From Takakia lepidozioides (Eukaryota; Plantae; Bryophyta), in assembly GCA_030704615.1 (NCBI GenBank), contig CM060731.1, positions 61,194,001-61,258,000 of the forward strand: DNA of 64,000 nt, in the 5' to 3' direction. Below, one piece after another: positions 11,680-25,673 of the stretch. The notes below the pieces were generated by a model. It made no database searches. It saw only the letters and a list, made by a program, of their open reading frames with translations, and was not told the DNA's origin. Position numbers and translations under genes: made by a program. Numbering within the stretch: position 1 is the stretch's first letter; every line of letters starts with the position of its first letter.

Positions 11680-13524
11680 TTACACTCTTTCCTCTGCCCA
11701 ATGGTGTGCCAATGTTTTCACTGTGAAGGTTAGAGAGGGACAGTATCCACAGGCCCTTTTCCAAGGGACAGCTGCAATCTCCTTCACCCTTACAGTGCTA
11801 ATCTCAATGGACATTGCGGCATAGCCCATGTTGCTTGAGTCTTGATGGACGCCGGAGCTGGCAATCTATTCTGAAAACAGTGGCAATCAGAGATGTGAGC
11901 ACAACCACCACCACATTCTATTGTGGAACTCGTGGGAAGTGCTTCAAGGTTGATTGCCTTCCAGCTCACTCTGAGAGTCTGATGTTTAGAGTATAGTCCA
12001 CAAGGGATAGTTTGAGGAGAACCTTGAGGATTATGCTGCTGAAATGAACTGAACATTGGGCTCTTCTTGCAATTGTGCACTTGTAGACTCAGAATAGGGT
12101 TTATCCTGGATTCGGAAAAGGGGATTATTTGTCGAATAGGATAAAGCCGCAGTGGTTGTGATTGGAAGGAATTTTCAGCCAGGAGCGCAAGCATGGGAAA
12201 CAAGCTACATTTCCTGAAATGAGTTTCATGGAGAAACCTAAATGATTTCCTAGACCTAATCTTACATGTGGGGCAATTCTGATTTGATGAAGAGCGCAAT
12301 CTTTTGGTGGGTACTGAATCAACTGTCATGTTAACACCTTGGGCATGGATCACTCCATTCCATGACATTGTTCAAGAACCGAGACAAGGGAGGAGCTACT
12401 CTGAGACTTGGGGCTCTGTTGTTTTCGCTTTCTTGATATAGTCCAAGCCTGCTATTGTGTCATCTGACAGAAGTTTTGTGACACCAAATGATCGAGGATT
12501 GTATTAATATAAATTCGGTGTACCTTCCAATTTGAATATTGCCCAAAATTAGTGTTGACAGCCTATGCCCCCTGCCCACATTCAGCGGAAAGGCACGAGG
12601 GAATGAGTGGAGGGAAGTTTTAACTCTTTGTCAGCAATCTCCACATCTGCAGTTTATAATAGACAAAAACATAATCAAAACAGGGCCAGATCGATCTGAT
12701 CTTTACATCTATAGATTGTATGAAACATTTCCTTGAAGCTGGGGAAATCCATGGAGGTATTATCATTTACTGGTGTTTGAGAATGTGGGATCCATTGCAA
12801 TGGTTCATTTATTATAAGTACACAATCTGCACATTCCAATATGAAGCAACTTGTGCCATGTTAGCCTTTCCAGTCAATGGATACAAACTACTGAGCAAAA
12901 AAGTTCTGCACATAAATTTTGAACTTCTGATCAAAGGATAGTCCCAAGGGAATACTCTGTACACTTAGTTGACTGATTCCTGGGCATTTGGGCCATCCAA
13001 TGTTTAAGTTGTAATACTTTCATTCAGCAATGAACCCTTTCAATGTGAGGCAAGCTCAAGCACTTTCAGCTGTTCTATACTGCGAGACAAAAGAGCATCA
13101 TGAACACCCAATGGTTTCTTCACCATCGCACTGAGATTTTAAGGTGTACCGATAGAGATTTTAACTTCACTCATTAGTAGTATAAAGAAGCTGGCACCAG
13201 TGACTCACATCACCATACATGAGCTACACATTCTACTGTGGTTCAAGCGATATGCTGCACTATGATTCCGAGTTTCCTTCACCTCTGTTGGCGTCTAGTA
13301 GCATATTGAGGCTTAATGCCCCAGGAATCACCCCTGAACTGCATGTCTGCTCCAATCGTACTTTGTTGACGGCATTTCAATGCACATGCTATTACAAAAT
13401 TCAAGAAACCCCACCAAAGCAGAATACAGAATGACAATTTACAGTTGCTGTGCTGAAATGGTAGAACGGATGATTGCGAGCATTCTGCTAATTCGACAGG
13501 GCTTGTGCACGGAGGTAAGAGCAG

Positions 13525-16500
13525 CTAGAAATTGCGGATCAAGACAAATTCGCCCAGATACTGGCGTGGACCCCGCTCCTTGGGTCCATACCATGATTGA
13601 CCAACAACAACCCCAGGCCCCACTGGACGAATATAGTCGATGAAGCAATTTCCGAAGGGCCATGGGTGTCTCCCTGGAAAGCCAAGAGTCAAACACCATC
13701 TCTGTTTGTCAGCTTCAGCTGACACTCTGATCTGGCTGCTTAGTTGCCTGCCTGTATCTGCGAGGAATAGGGAAAAAGAGAGAGAACTGCAAGCAAAAGA
13801 GCAGCAGAGAAAAGACCGACAAATTCACTACATCCACAGGGTGGCAACTAATACGAAGAGATTTCTGACCTGGCTGAGGGTAGCCTTGTGGCACAGCATC
13901 TCGCAGTTCAAAATGGCCGTCCTCGTAAGAAAATGCCAGGTCACATTGCTCTTTGGTTGCGGGCACGAAATGGACTTCCCTAACTTGGAAATAGAGAGGT
14001 GCAACTAGCCGTCCAAGTCCCTCCAGCAATGGGCCTCCTGCAAACAGCATGACAGTTTGAATATTTAGCATGACCTCTAAGATTGTCCAGCTGCTTTCAA
14101 ATGACATCAGACCATTGTCGTATGAGTCTGAAATTCTATTCCAACCAGGAGCAAGAAGGGTGCAGGAATCATCCCTCTCCATCCTTTTAATATCACATCC
14201 ATCCAGTTAGGCATCTGCTATTGTCCTAAAGCCATCTAGCTCCACACAGGAAGGTTTTAGAATTATCAAGCAACAATCTACCATCTACCTCAGCCCCTGC
14301 ATAAGGGATATGCATGAACTCCTACCGCACTTGGTATGGTCATAGCCCTACAGTGCCTCAAGTGAAGCAGCAAGGAGGGAGGTAGGATGGAGAGGGACAA
14401 GAAAACCACTTCTGGCATAAACTGGCTTGTTCAGTAGTCCTCGGACAAGGGAACAAACATGGACATTACCTGTAATGACCCTGCCATACAGTATCCCATC
14501 GTTGCTGACAAAGAAAGCCTGCACCAAAGTACAATACTGTCCACCTGAGACAATATAATGCATATAAGAGCACAAAAAAATAAAATGATGAATGGAAGGA
14601 AAACTGGCATGGCGGCACCATCTATCAACACAGGGGGAGAGGGACAGAATCGTTCCAATGGAGTGATGGGAAGAGTGAAAGGACTAAATTTGTTCCAGCA
14701 AACTAAACCAAGACAACTGAAATGCCTCACCTTCTTGAATCGGCTTATCCAGCCAAAAATCCAAGGCACTGTTGAAAGGCTCACACCGCACACAACAAGC
14801 CCAGAATAATCAGTACAGCAACTCCCACATATGCTTCTGCAGTGCCCATTTTCCAAAACAGAAACTGCCAACCTTCTTATAGGAATCTGCCATACCCCAT
14901 CACAATAACGGGTAACCACTGATCAAACACTGAGATTCTTGTACCACCTCCTCCTCCCCCAACTTCAGCAAACAGAACGCTTAATTTATTTTATCTGAAA
15001 GCACCACTAAGGGTTCAAAAAAGGGGCCACCAAACAAGCCCCCCCTAAGAAATCAACTTGGCATGAGAGCCCTCCAAGATTCCCAAAAAAAAAGAAATCC
15101 TAAATAAGGAACGTGGTGGTTTTAAGGGCTAGTTTCAATCTGTTACAGGAATAGATATGAGGATTAGAGATCTTCAGAAATGCCCTGTACAGCCTCGCCT
15201 GTGCCATTTAGGACCAAGTGTGCAAATGCACAAGGCAGCTCATAAATGAGCTAATGGTACTGCAGCTTCTCTGGCAGTGTCCAGCATCATACAGTGGGGG
15301 ACATTAGGAGAAGTTCAAGCATGTGTGATGCATTACATGGATTATAACAGGATCATGGTCTGTCCCCCTTATAAGTGAGAAGTCAAGATAATGCCATCGA
15401 ATGTAGTCAATGCATACCTCCATTTACTTGGCCAGTCCAAACAATAGGCTCGAGAGGCCTTCCAATAGCAGGGTTCGGCAGAAGGCCTGCCGCATCCTCT
15501 ACAAACAGCTTGGGATCATCATATCTAAGCCCTGCCATCTTCCACATTGAAGAGATGTGCCTGTCTACCCAGCAAGCCATCACATGAATGTGCAGCTTCA
15601 TGTAAACTTATGCAATTTCTGAATATCAGACCACCCCACTGCCCATATTTTACTACAAGTTGACAAACAGAACTATCAATGAAGTATCTAATATGTGAGA
15701 TTGAGGCATGCAAGTAGTTCAGTGTCAACTTTTGAAAGTCTGCTTCTCATTCATGTGAAAAATGTTGACTGCTGTAAATCCTACATAGGCAGGGTGTAAA
15801 GTGTAAGCACAGAGGTCATGCGCATGCTTACTTTGGCTGTAGCAAGTCAAGTAAATGATGTCTTCGCTCCTCTGGAATGTCCCCAATCTTCTTCCTACAC
15901 CTCACACATTGTGAGTGCCGTATTTTTTTTCCTCTTATATTTGTTTTACTGTGACTAACAAGGAAAAAAGTTTAGACCTCTTCTGTGCACATCATGCAAT
16001 ACGCCGACAGAGGCACCCCATGTAACAAGTAAAATGCTCTTACAGACTCTGACCAAAGGAAGGCAGCATGGTTGTAGGTGCGAGAATCCATGGGCCGAAT
16101 GAAAGGTGGCGGATCCAGCAACGTCAGTATATCTAGTTCGTCTAGATATGCTTTCCGCCCACTTGCAAGTATCCTGTAAGGTTCTTCCCCTTCATTGCCA
16201 ACAGCACCTTTCTTTCTCGCAATCGGCTCTATCATCTCTTTTGATCCCTCCATAAACTCCTTTCCTGATGTCCCTGCAGGTCGGTCCCTGCTTGAAGTAT
16301 CAGAATCCTGCCACTCTGGGCTTGAGGACTTTCCTGCATAGGATTTCTTCCACGGATCCCAGCTTTGAGCAAGCGGATCCCAACCAGCGCCCTCCATGCT
16401 TTGAAATCTTGGGATTTCCCCATTGGATCCCTTGACTGTCCCATTGTCAGGCTTCCCATTGGTTGATTGGCAGCTCACAAGCAGGCCATGCCTTGGAAGT

Positions 16501-17094
16501 TTCCGCAGGAAACCTTTTGCACAACTTCCCACATCGCATCCTGTATTCATTCACCATAAGATGGTAGCATTGGTCATACACTCTTTTAATCCAACATCAA
16601 GGCTTTGGGTTTAGGGTTTAGGGTTTAGAGTGAAATCGCCTCGAGACACATGTAGCAATGTGAGAGAAGTGCTCCCTCTTACGAGTGTGTTCAACACTCA
16701 AACCAGAACAAGGGATACCAAGGCCAACAAACTAGAGGCACATTTGGCGTTGGACACATATTGCAAGGCACTGTGTGCTCCTGCAGTTGAGTTCGAACCA
16801 CTACTCAAAAAGCTGCTGAGATGCGGCTCACAAACCTCACCGGAACCTGAGCATCATCACCACACTTCCCCACGGGCTCGTGCCATTCACAAAAGTATGA
16901 GTAGTACCCAATGAGATATGAACTACTGCAGGATCCCGACCCACAAACATACCAGATGGGGACTGTGCGACAGGGACATATTTGGCCGCCAACTGCATGT
17001 GCGAGGAGGAAGGGGCACCACTTTTGAATCCATTGCACGAAGAGCTTGCAGGCAGGAAGAGATGGACGCCCTGCACCACGACCCCGGCAGCCAT
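13525..17094 (-). CDS. Conserved plant protein of unknown function, probable transit peptide; 8 exons (17094-~16953, 16540-16054, 15894-15832, 15560-15418, 14768-14731, 14518-14470, 14037-13870, 13673-13525)
   Basis: Phase-consistent GT-AG junctions give one open frame: YLDELDILTLLDPP..YNHAAFLW|KKIGDIPEERRH..AGLRYDDPKL..PLYFQV..HPWPF..YIRPVGPGVVVGQSW. Confidence 0.82.
16607..16629 (-). promoter_or_regulatory. Telo-box / short interstitial (AAACCCT)n tract in the first intron
   Basis: GGGTTTAGGGTTTAGGGTTTAG. Confidence 0.5.
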
Positions 17095-19379
17095 AGCTTT
17101 GTCCTCTCTCTCTCTCTCTCCTTCGGAACTTGAACTACTTGCTACTCGTTATGGAATACGAGTTATTCTAGTGACGACCCATGTCATCTGCCACGTCATT
17201 ATGTGCCATGTCATCTGCCACGTTTCGTCGTTGCCACGTTTTGTCGTCATATTTTCAACCTGCCCGGGCTGCCTAGGAAGACCCGACTTCTTAAAGTGTT
17301 TGAAGCTTCTTGAACTGCCTGAACTGTAGCCTGTACATGAGCGCGATAGATTACTGCATTTGATCTGGGAGAAGAGTTGTTTGAAAGGTTGGATGAGGCA
17401 ACAATCGCTGCGTTGATCTAGGAGAAGTGGGGTTCAATGAGGCAACAGTCGCTGCGTTGATATGGGGTAAAGGGTAGGCTCCTCTTTTTGCTGCTTGTTT
17501 GGAGGGTTTGGAGGAGGTAACATTTGCTGCATTGCTCTGGGGTAAAGGGTAGACTTTTCTCTTTGCTGCGAAGTAAGCCAATGCCCCTGCATGCGCTAGT
17601 GACCCTCTCATCAGTGACCCTTTTGGACCATCAAGAACATAGTCTTTGCACCTCTGTTCACCAACTTTCAAACCCTCGAGGCTCAGTGAGCTCAATGCCA
17701 CCGTACCCATAATCATAAATAGCCACAATAGCCATAATCATAAGTAGCTCTACTTTTGCTCTGGTCTTGTTTCATTCGAGTTGAACTCATAAAATCAATG
17801 TTTGCAGAGACACTGTAAATTTCGCGTTCGATTCCACCAGTACACACTCTTTTTTTCAGTTACCACGCCATCTCTTGTAAGCCTAGACGTTCTGATGTGA
17901 GCTTCTCTGGTTTTGTGACAGGAACAAAACAATTGTGACGAGCTTCTCTCTAAGGTAATACCCTCCCCCTTCTATTGGTCTTTGGTATTTTTGGGCTATG
18001 ATTAGTCAACCCTCTGACAATCCCAAAGTTGGAGCTCAGCAGTTTACCGGTGATGGCTGTGCCATGCTGATTCTGCAGCATGAAATTCAGGAATGAGACA
18101 CCCCTCTCTTGTCAGAACAACGATACTGCACTACGTTCCCTACAGTCAGCACAAAATCTGTCTTAACCAGCTACTTTTGGGTTGGTGCTTCAGACATGAG
18201 GGCCGTCATATTGGTGCATCATGACTGCATAAGGGTGAAACCATTTTGATCGTACTAAACCTCTCCTGATTAGACAAAACCCCTAACACCGAAATGTGTA
18301 TCCCTGCCAGTGAACATGGCATTCTACATGGGAGAGGTAGGCACAGAACAGGTTGAGGTCTGATTCTAGTCTGTTTCTGCCTTGGCTCTTGGAGCTGACC
18401 AGTGTACTAGGGTTTGGACATTTTAATCCGTGGAGTTGTCTTTGTATAGCACTTCAATCATTGTTGTATGCTATGAGATCTCTTTATGGAATCTTCCCTG
18501 GGTCTTTGGGTTGTTAGTAGCTCACCCCATTGCTTGCAGTTGTGCAGCTAGACATTTGTAGCTGTACAGGGTGGCATGTCAGTCGACTTGTACCAGACAT
18601 GGCCTTTAGTTATAGCTTTTTTCTGGTTGCAAGCAGGGTGCAGCATTGGCATAGCTTGTTTCTCCTCTTACTCGAAAGCTGTGTCTCTTTCTGAACAGCA
18701 TTCTTCGCCATTGGCAGAGGTCTGTTGTGGCGTATGTTTATCAGTCTTTCAGCACTGGCTGATGTGCAGTTATATGCAGTTATGTTCGTGGATGTCACTT
18801 TGCAGACTATGTCTGTTTTGTTTGCTCCCACTTTGTCCATTTGGCGCAGTAATTGTGAAGTTTGTGAGAGAGTTCTGTCAAAGTAGGTTGTCAAACCCCC
18901 AAACCTCATCACTTGTTCTGGGAGGATTAGTATGACGGGAACTTTATGCCGGGTGATATGTACCAATAAGCAATGTAAATGGCCAGTGATTCTTTTTTTT
19001 CTGTCTATGCTACGGTAAACGTCGTCTTATGAGTACATTCTGTATTTCTTTTTGTTGATGAGGCAGTGAATAAGAATGGGTGAAATTAGGTCTAAAAGAG
19101 CTTCAGCATGCCCTAATGAGGCGCTTGCATGGAAGTTCTTAGACAGGAGTATAGAATCTGATTTGCAATTGGGTTGAGGGATGAAAGTTCCTGGTTTTCC
19201 CTTGTCATTGAGCGTTCAATAGTGCCTGATGAAGCCGTGTCATTTCTTCCCTCGTTCTCTCTACTGTTCAGGCTTTCCACTGCTTCCTCGCCTGCTAGCA
19301 ATGCACAACATATGTGTATCTATCATATATTCTATCCTGCACATTCTCTATGATGTAACTTCTGAAGTGAGATAATTGC

Positions 19380-19600
19380 TGCTGATAGAGCAATGTTGCT
19401 CAAATCCAAAACCTTGAGAGCTGAAGCATTGACAGGCAATGGGACTGCACTAGTGAGCCTATTGCTGGAAACATTAAAGACCTGCAGGGACAAAAGGTTC
19501 AAAAACTGGCAGATATTGGCCCAGTTAAATTATTCGAGCTCGCATCCATACTAACTAGTGATTGAAGCTCAAAAAGCTCACTGCCCTGTACTGGAATGCA
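19380..19600 (-). pseudogene. Plant-type LRR (receptor-like) gene fragment
   Basis: ELFELQSLVSMDASSNNLTGP / LNLLSLQVFNVSSNRLTSAVP / LKVLDLSN with a frameshift. Confidence 0.65.
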
Positions 19601-22097
19601 CTTAGCACTGGTTTTTTGTCACTGGGAAGTCAAACAATACCCAGAAGCGAACAAACATTCAGCAGTGAAGCTGCACCTTCCAATCCCCCTGCTGCAACTC
19701 CGAAAAGGTACCCCAACAGCCCATCATGTCTATCTACAAGCTGTTCCTTGGCTTATTAGAATGCTGCACTGAGTGCATGCACTTCAATTTAGAAACGCTC
19801 TCCTAGGATGTTTCTGTCAAGGAGCTGAAGATACACTTGACATAGATGTGCTGGTCCATGGTGGACCTGACATAGATATCCAATTTATGTCTGTTTTCAG
19901 AGATGCAAGATGTGGGGGGATGGATTGCTAGATCGTGCGGATGATTGCATCAAAGTCCATTTCTTGATGTTCTTCTTGTGAACAGTAGTCGATTTTGAGC
20001 TTCTTTTGTATGAGTAACTTTTCTTTCTGAATATCTCTTGATCTAGCCACCATTTTACCTTTTCATCCCCCAGCAGTTGAGTCAAGAGTCATTTTTCAAA
20101 CATGAGAATGAAATCACAAAAGACAAATCAAGACCTCAAGTGAGTAAAAATAGGAGCAGCCACAATGACAGTCGAGAGTCTGGAAGATGCCAGCAATTTG
20201 TTCTTGTTATTGACAGGTGCAGTTCGTTCTCTACTTTTTTGAAAAGAGGCAGAGTTTATGTTTCTTGTCTGGCATACTGATTTCCCAGGCTTACTTTGAA
20301 AATTAGAATGACCTCCACCTGCGACAGAGATCCACAATGAATAGAACATCACCGTGGATAATTTCAGGGTGCTGGTTACAGGAGTCTGAAAGAGAATTTA
20401 TCAAGAGCATTCTAGAGACAAGTTATTCTATCAGTCTGTCTTCTCGGACTCTATCTGGCTCCTCTCTTGGCACCGGGGGGAGGGGACCCAACTGAAGGAG
20501 TCCAAGGAATTCTTAGGGATGAGTTCCTATCATGCGGAGCTTCAAGACTGAAAACTAGTTTGTTCATCAGATCAACTTCATACCATGCCCAAGTCACACT
20601 ATTCTCTGATCTGTATGACAGTTTCATACTACCCGCTCTGCCCCCTCCTTTTTGAAACAAAACAGTACCCCATCAAAGTTGTCCTTCTGCTACATACTTT
20701 GCTGTTGTGGATCAGGCTTCTCAGCAAGTTTTTGCATTTCTGGAGCCTGAAGAAAGGAGAGCTGATCAGTCTCAGAAAAGTATACATCCAGCTGCCAACC
20801 TTCATCATGGGACAGATGTGAAGAGAGACCCCAAAAGAGAAGGGGAGCTGCTAGGGAGATGTAAACAAACATACCTAGTGGGTCTAATATTCATAGAAGT
20901 CTATGGTCAGTTTTTGCACCCATTTCTGCTCGAGGTAGACTTCCCTTTCTTCCATTGATGCTCATGTCAGTGTACTGTGGGTTAGGGATGCTGTACTTCT
21001 GGGCAGGTCAATTGTTTCACATTATTTTTCACTAGAGCTGTTGTTTTTTGGAGAATGTGTAGACCCCAGTTCAAGGATTTTGTTTCCAAATTCTGAAACA
21101 GAATGAGAAGGGGCAGATGCTTTCGAGCAGAACATAGACGTTCCTCAACAATTTTGGTCATTGGTCATTTGGTCATTCTACCAAGGAAACATCATTCCCT
21201 GATCCAGGAAGCACTGGTTACTTTGAATCTTCATCTGTGTCAATGAGACCATCGGTGGCAAAAACCCCTGCTTTGGTTCTTTTTTGGTTCATCAGTAGAT
21301 CTGTCTCCTCCTCGGACTTGCCTGTTGGGTTTCTATGTCTGGTTTCAAATGCATGTCCCTACCTCAGAAAATTTTATCATCACTGAGGTGACATAGGATT
21401 CAATCTTTCTCTCTATCCTCAGCCACGGCTCATATGTACACACGTCTACTCCAACTAAAAAAGTAGGCCCCTAATCTGTGCCTATGGGTATGTCTCTGCT
21501 CCCCTCTTACTCCCGGTTTCTCTACTTTGTTTGTGCCCTAGAAAATTCTAAGTTTACATACTTAGTATTGGAATTCTATTTCTCTTTTGCTTCTATCTTT
21601 CTTTCTTTTTTTTTCCTTAGCTTCTATCTGGTCTTGGAAAATCTGGTCTTCTATTTGGTCATATTGAACAACCTAATTTAATCAAGTATATGTATGTATA
21701 TACACATACATACATGTACTGCGTATGTCATTTGAACAAGCCGCAAAGGGCGAGAGGCTCTGTCCATTGAAGCAACAATTTTGACAAGCTGCCACGTGTT
21801 GTATTTAAAAGTTTTTTTAAACCAATCATACTCTTGACACGGTGTAAGGTCCGTTGACCACATTTCTCCATTGACTTCAACATGATGCAAAGTCTCTGCC
21901 CTGAAGGGCAGAGCCAATAAATCAAATGTGATCATAGGTGGGAAAATCTGTCTTCTGCTTCTACATATATGGTCTTTGAAAATCTATGTGGGCGCCACTA
22001 ACCTTGTTGGCACTTGGCACCAACCGCGTTAGTGGCGCCAACAACATGGTAGGACGAGATACCATTTAAGATGATTTATCAAGAGACGGACAACCAA

Positions 22098-22165
22098 GTT
22101 GTAGCCCAATGGTAATGGGCACATACCACCTCGGAAGTGGTTGTGGGTTCAATCCACCTTTGGTG
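22098..22165 (+). other. tRNA-derived (SINE-like) head with Pol III A and B boxes
   Basis: TAGCCCAATGG ... GGTTCAATCC at tRNA-like spacing; no complete cloverleaf. Confidence 0.45.
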
Positions 22166-22459
22166 TCACTAAGGTGTCCACTTGATGTGAAGTCAGGGGT
22201 GGGGTGAAGAGACACCATAATTTACGCATCCTTCGGGAAGCTTCAAATATATAATTATATTATCAAGGGGCGTGGCATATAGTACCAAATGCCCACTAAC
22301 TCGAAGGTGAAAGCATCTAAGCATACTTTTAAGGGATCTAAGAATCTGTTAGAAAATATTTGGTGAACAGATGGGGTGAAGAGATTGACATTTGATACAC
22401 ATTTGATACACTTATGCATACACTTTGCCCATCTAATCAATCCTCAATATATCACCTAC

Positions 22460-25400
22460 TGTCACGGACATAGCCCAGAAAAACCTACCAGGAGTAAATA
22501 CTAGAAGTTATCAAGTTATCATGTTATCGAAAGTTACCATGATTTATCGTGATTTACCATGATCTACCATGATTAACCATTACTTACCAAGTTGTCGAGA
22601 GTTTACCAAATTATCAAGAGTAATTTGGGAAACTTCTCCATCAAATACTGCATTTGTTTAAGGAAGCTTCTCCATCAAGAAATCTTTGTTTAATCTTGGA
22701 AACCTTTCCAACAAGAAATCTTCATAGGGGAAGCTTCTTAATAGCCAGTATATATAGAAGGGCAGACTGGACACTCTTCAGTCTCGCCAACACCAGTTCA
22801 AGCTACTCTTGTTTCCAGTTTTCAGTTCCCGATACTCTAGCCCAGTTTCCAGTATCTGGTACTCCAGTCCAGTTTCCAGCATTCCAGTATTCAAGTCGTG
22901 TTCCAATATCTTGTACTCTTGTTCATTGTTATAAAGATCGTCTTGATTCATATTTACTCATCGTACATTCGGGCACGTCAACCTTGACTTCTTGTCTAGC
23001 CTTGTACTTCTAGTCTTATCTCTTGTTTGTGTTCAGTCATGTTATTGTCCTTAACAGTTTGGCGAGACTAAAGTTTGTTCTTTAGTTAGTTAAGATGGAA
23101 GGCACATTTGCGGAAATGGTCACCACATTGCAGAGTTTTCAGCTCCAGATGCAAGAACTCCGTGCCTCTACTGCCCAACTACAAGCTGATCAGTCTCAAG
23201 ACCTTGGCAATGCTCTCAACAATTTGCAACAACAAATTTCAGAGTTGAAAGAGTCGAACAATGGATCTTCAACCTTACGAGTCCCTACTACAACAAATCA
23301 TACTGCAACGGTTCCTCCAAATCTTCAACAGATTACAAGGGAGCCAAAGGTCAGCATGCCCGAGAAATTTAATGGGACGAGATCAAAATTTCGCGGTTTT
23401 GTTCAACAAGTACGATTGTTCCTACGACTACATCCACAACGCTACTCTGATGAAGATATTCAAGTGGGATTCGTGGGCACCCTTCTATCAGGCACTACCC
23501 TATCTTGGTTTGCACCGCTATTAGAGAAAAATTTAATTTACTATACAATTTTGAATCGTTCATGTCCGAGTTCACGCACGTTTAGAGAGAATGATAGAGA
23601 GAGAGTTGCAGAGACAAAAGATGCTAATACTTCGACAATGAGCACGTCCAGCTTCCGTTTTATGTTGCCGAATTTCGACAATTTGGCTGCTACCTTGACT
23701 GGGAATGAAAGAGCCTCATTAGTCAGTTTCGATGTGCATAAAGATGATGTTAAAGATTTGTTGCTGACAATGCCAAACGTGAGTACACTGAGCGAATTCA
23801 TCACCCATCATTGCATCGATAACGTTTGTTCGAAAGACGCAAGAAGCGATCTGGATGGTCAACGACGCACCATGCCGCTGCTACTTACGGCAACCAAATA
23901 CAACGATCCATCAGACACCGGTAATGATCCTATACAGATTGATGCTGTCCGATTCAAGTCATTGACGCCACATGAAAAACAAAGACGGCGCTCGAATGGA
24001 TTTGCCTTTATTGCAGAGAAAATGATCACATGGCATTAACTGCCCCAACAAGAAAATTCAAAGCTCGAGGCACTACTCAAGTTTCGATTCGTACGAGGAG
24101 GTCGGAAAAACGAAGATGTCCATCACAGTATGGGACCATGCGGCTGGACACCCCAAATTCATCACCAAAAAAAGATCTTTTTCTACTTCAGACCCTGTAT
24201 ATTGTTTCACAGTTCTAGTAAAGATCAGGATGCAAAATCGAGATATCTCCGTAGAAGCACTTTTGGACTCGGGCGCTTCAGTGTGTTTTATTGACAAAGA
24301 CTTTGCTAAGCACACAATTAAACGTTCGTAGAAAGAAATTCTCGCCCCTGTTGAAGTCATCGATGACGACCGTTAGCATCAGGAAATGTTGACCATGAAC
24401 TCGACCCCTGAAGTGAAGCTTAAAAAATCAGCATCACAGATTGTTTTTCAATGTCATCCAGTCTCCAACGAATCCTGTGATCCTTGGACTCCCTGGTTTG
24501 TACTTCATAACCTGACATCGACTGGCGATCACGAAAATTTCGGCAAGACAAAAATGCAAAAGTACCAAAGGTATTCAATCCCTGTTTCTTGGAGTTAGAG
24601 CCTTCATGATAGCTACGAAGAAAGACGCGACATTTGCACTTTATTCGACTCCGATCAAAACCACAACAGACCAAAGTACTTCGACATTACCCACTCAATA
24701 TCAAGATTTCAAGGATGTCTTTGAAAAGAAAAATGCAGACATGTTGCCAGAACATCGACCTATGATTGTGCAATTGAGTTGTTGCAAAGAAAGAGCTCAA
24801 CCACCATTCGGCCCGATCTACCAATTTATCTCAGACGTAGCTGGCTGCTTTACGCGAATTACATTGAGGACAATTTGTCAAAATAATTTCATTCAACATT
24901 CGAAATTACCCGCGGAGCACCTATCTTATTTGTGAAGAAGAAGAACGGATCGTTACGCAATGTGGGACTATCATGGGCTCAACAAAGTCACTATAAAAAA
25001 TCGTTACCCCCTACCGCTGATTTCCGGACTCCTCGAACAACTTGAACGAGCAAACTTTTTCACAAAGATCGACTTGAGATGAGCTTACAACCTTGTACGA
25101 ATAAAAGAAGGAGACAAATGGAAGACCTGCTTTTTCGCACAAGGTATGGACATTTCGAATACAGTTTATGTCTTTCGGTCTTACAATGCTCCAGCAATTT
25201 TTCAACACATGATGAATGACATCTTTCGAGAATTTTTAGATGACTTTGTAGTCATCTATTTGGACGATATTTTGATATTTTCACAAAATGAAGAAGAACA
25301 TGGTCGTCATGTACGCCTTGTCCTTGATAAATTGAGGGAAAAATGACTATATGTCAAGTTGGAAAAATGTCTTTTCCACCAATCTGAAGTCGAATTTTTG

Positions 25401-25609
25401 GGCTACATTATTTCCGACAAATGAGTCTTTATGAATCAGAAGAAAATACAAACCATCATCGAGTGTGTTAAACCAACTTCGGTCCGAGATGTACAATATT
25501 TTCTAGGATTTGCAAATTTCTATAGAATCTTCATCTATGACTACTCCAAAATTGCTGCACCAATGACACGACTCACAGGGAAGGACAAATTTGTATGGGA
25601 CGAGAAGGG
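22460..25609 (+). mobile_element. Truncated Ty3/Gypsy (Tcn1-like chromovirus type) LTR retrotransposon: putative 5' LTR 22460-23056, gag, protease, RT
   Basis: TG...CA-bounded segment with a TATA box; gag PEKFNGTRSKFRGFVQQVRL; protease ALLDSGA; [11 protein letters not shown] and [11 protein letters not shown]. Ends abruptly after KDKFVWDEK; no 3' LTR found. Confidence 0.9.
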
Positions 25610-25673
25610 AATACTGCCGTTTCTTAATAAAATTTGCCGTAACAACAATCAAACAGATGTCAAGAAGCTTACC

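Noticed and set aside
17351-21500. Assorted short ORFs
   Set aside because: No recognisable domain or consistent splice model apart from the LRR fragment.
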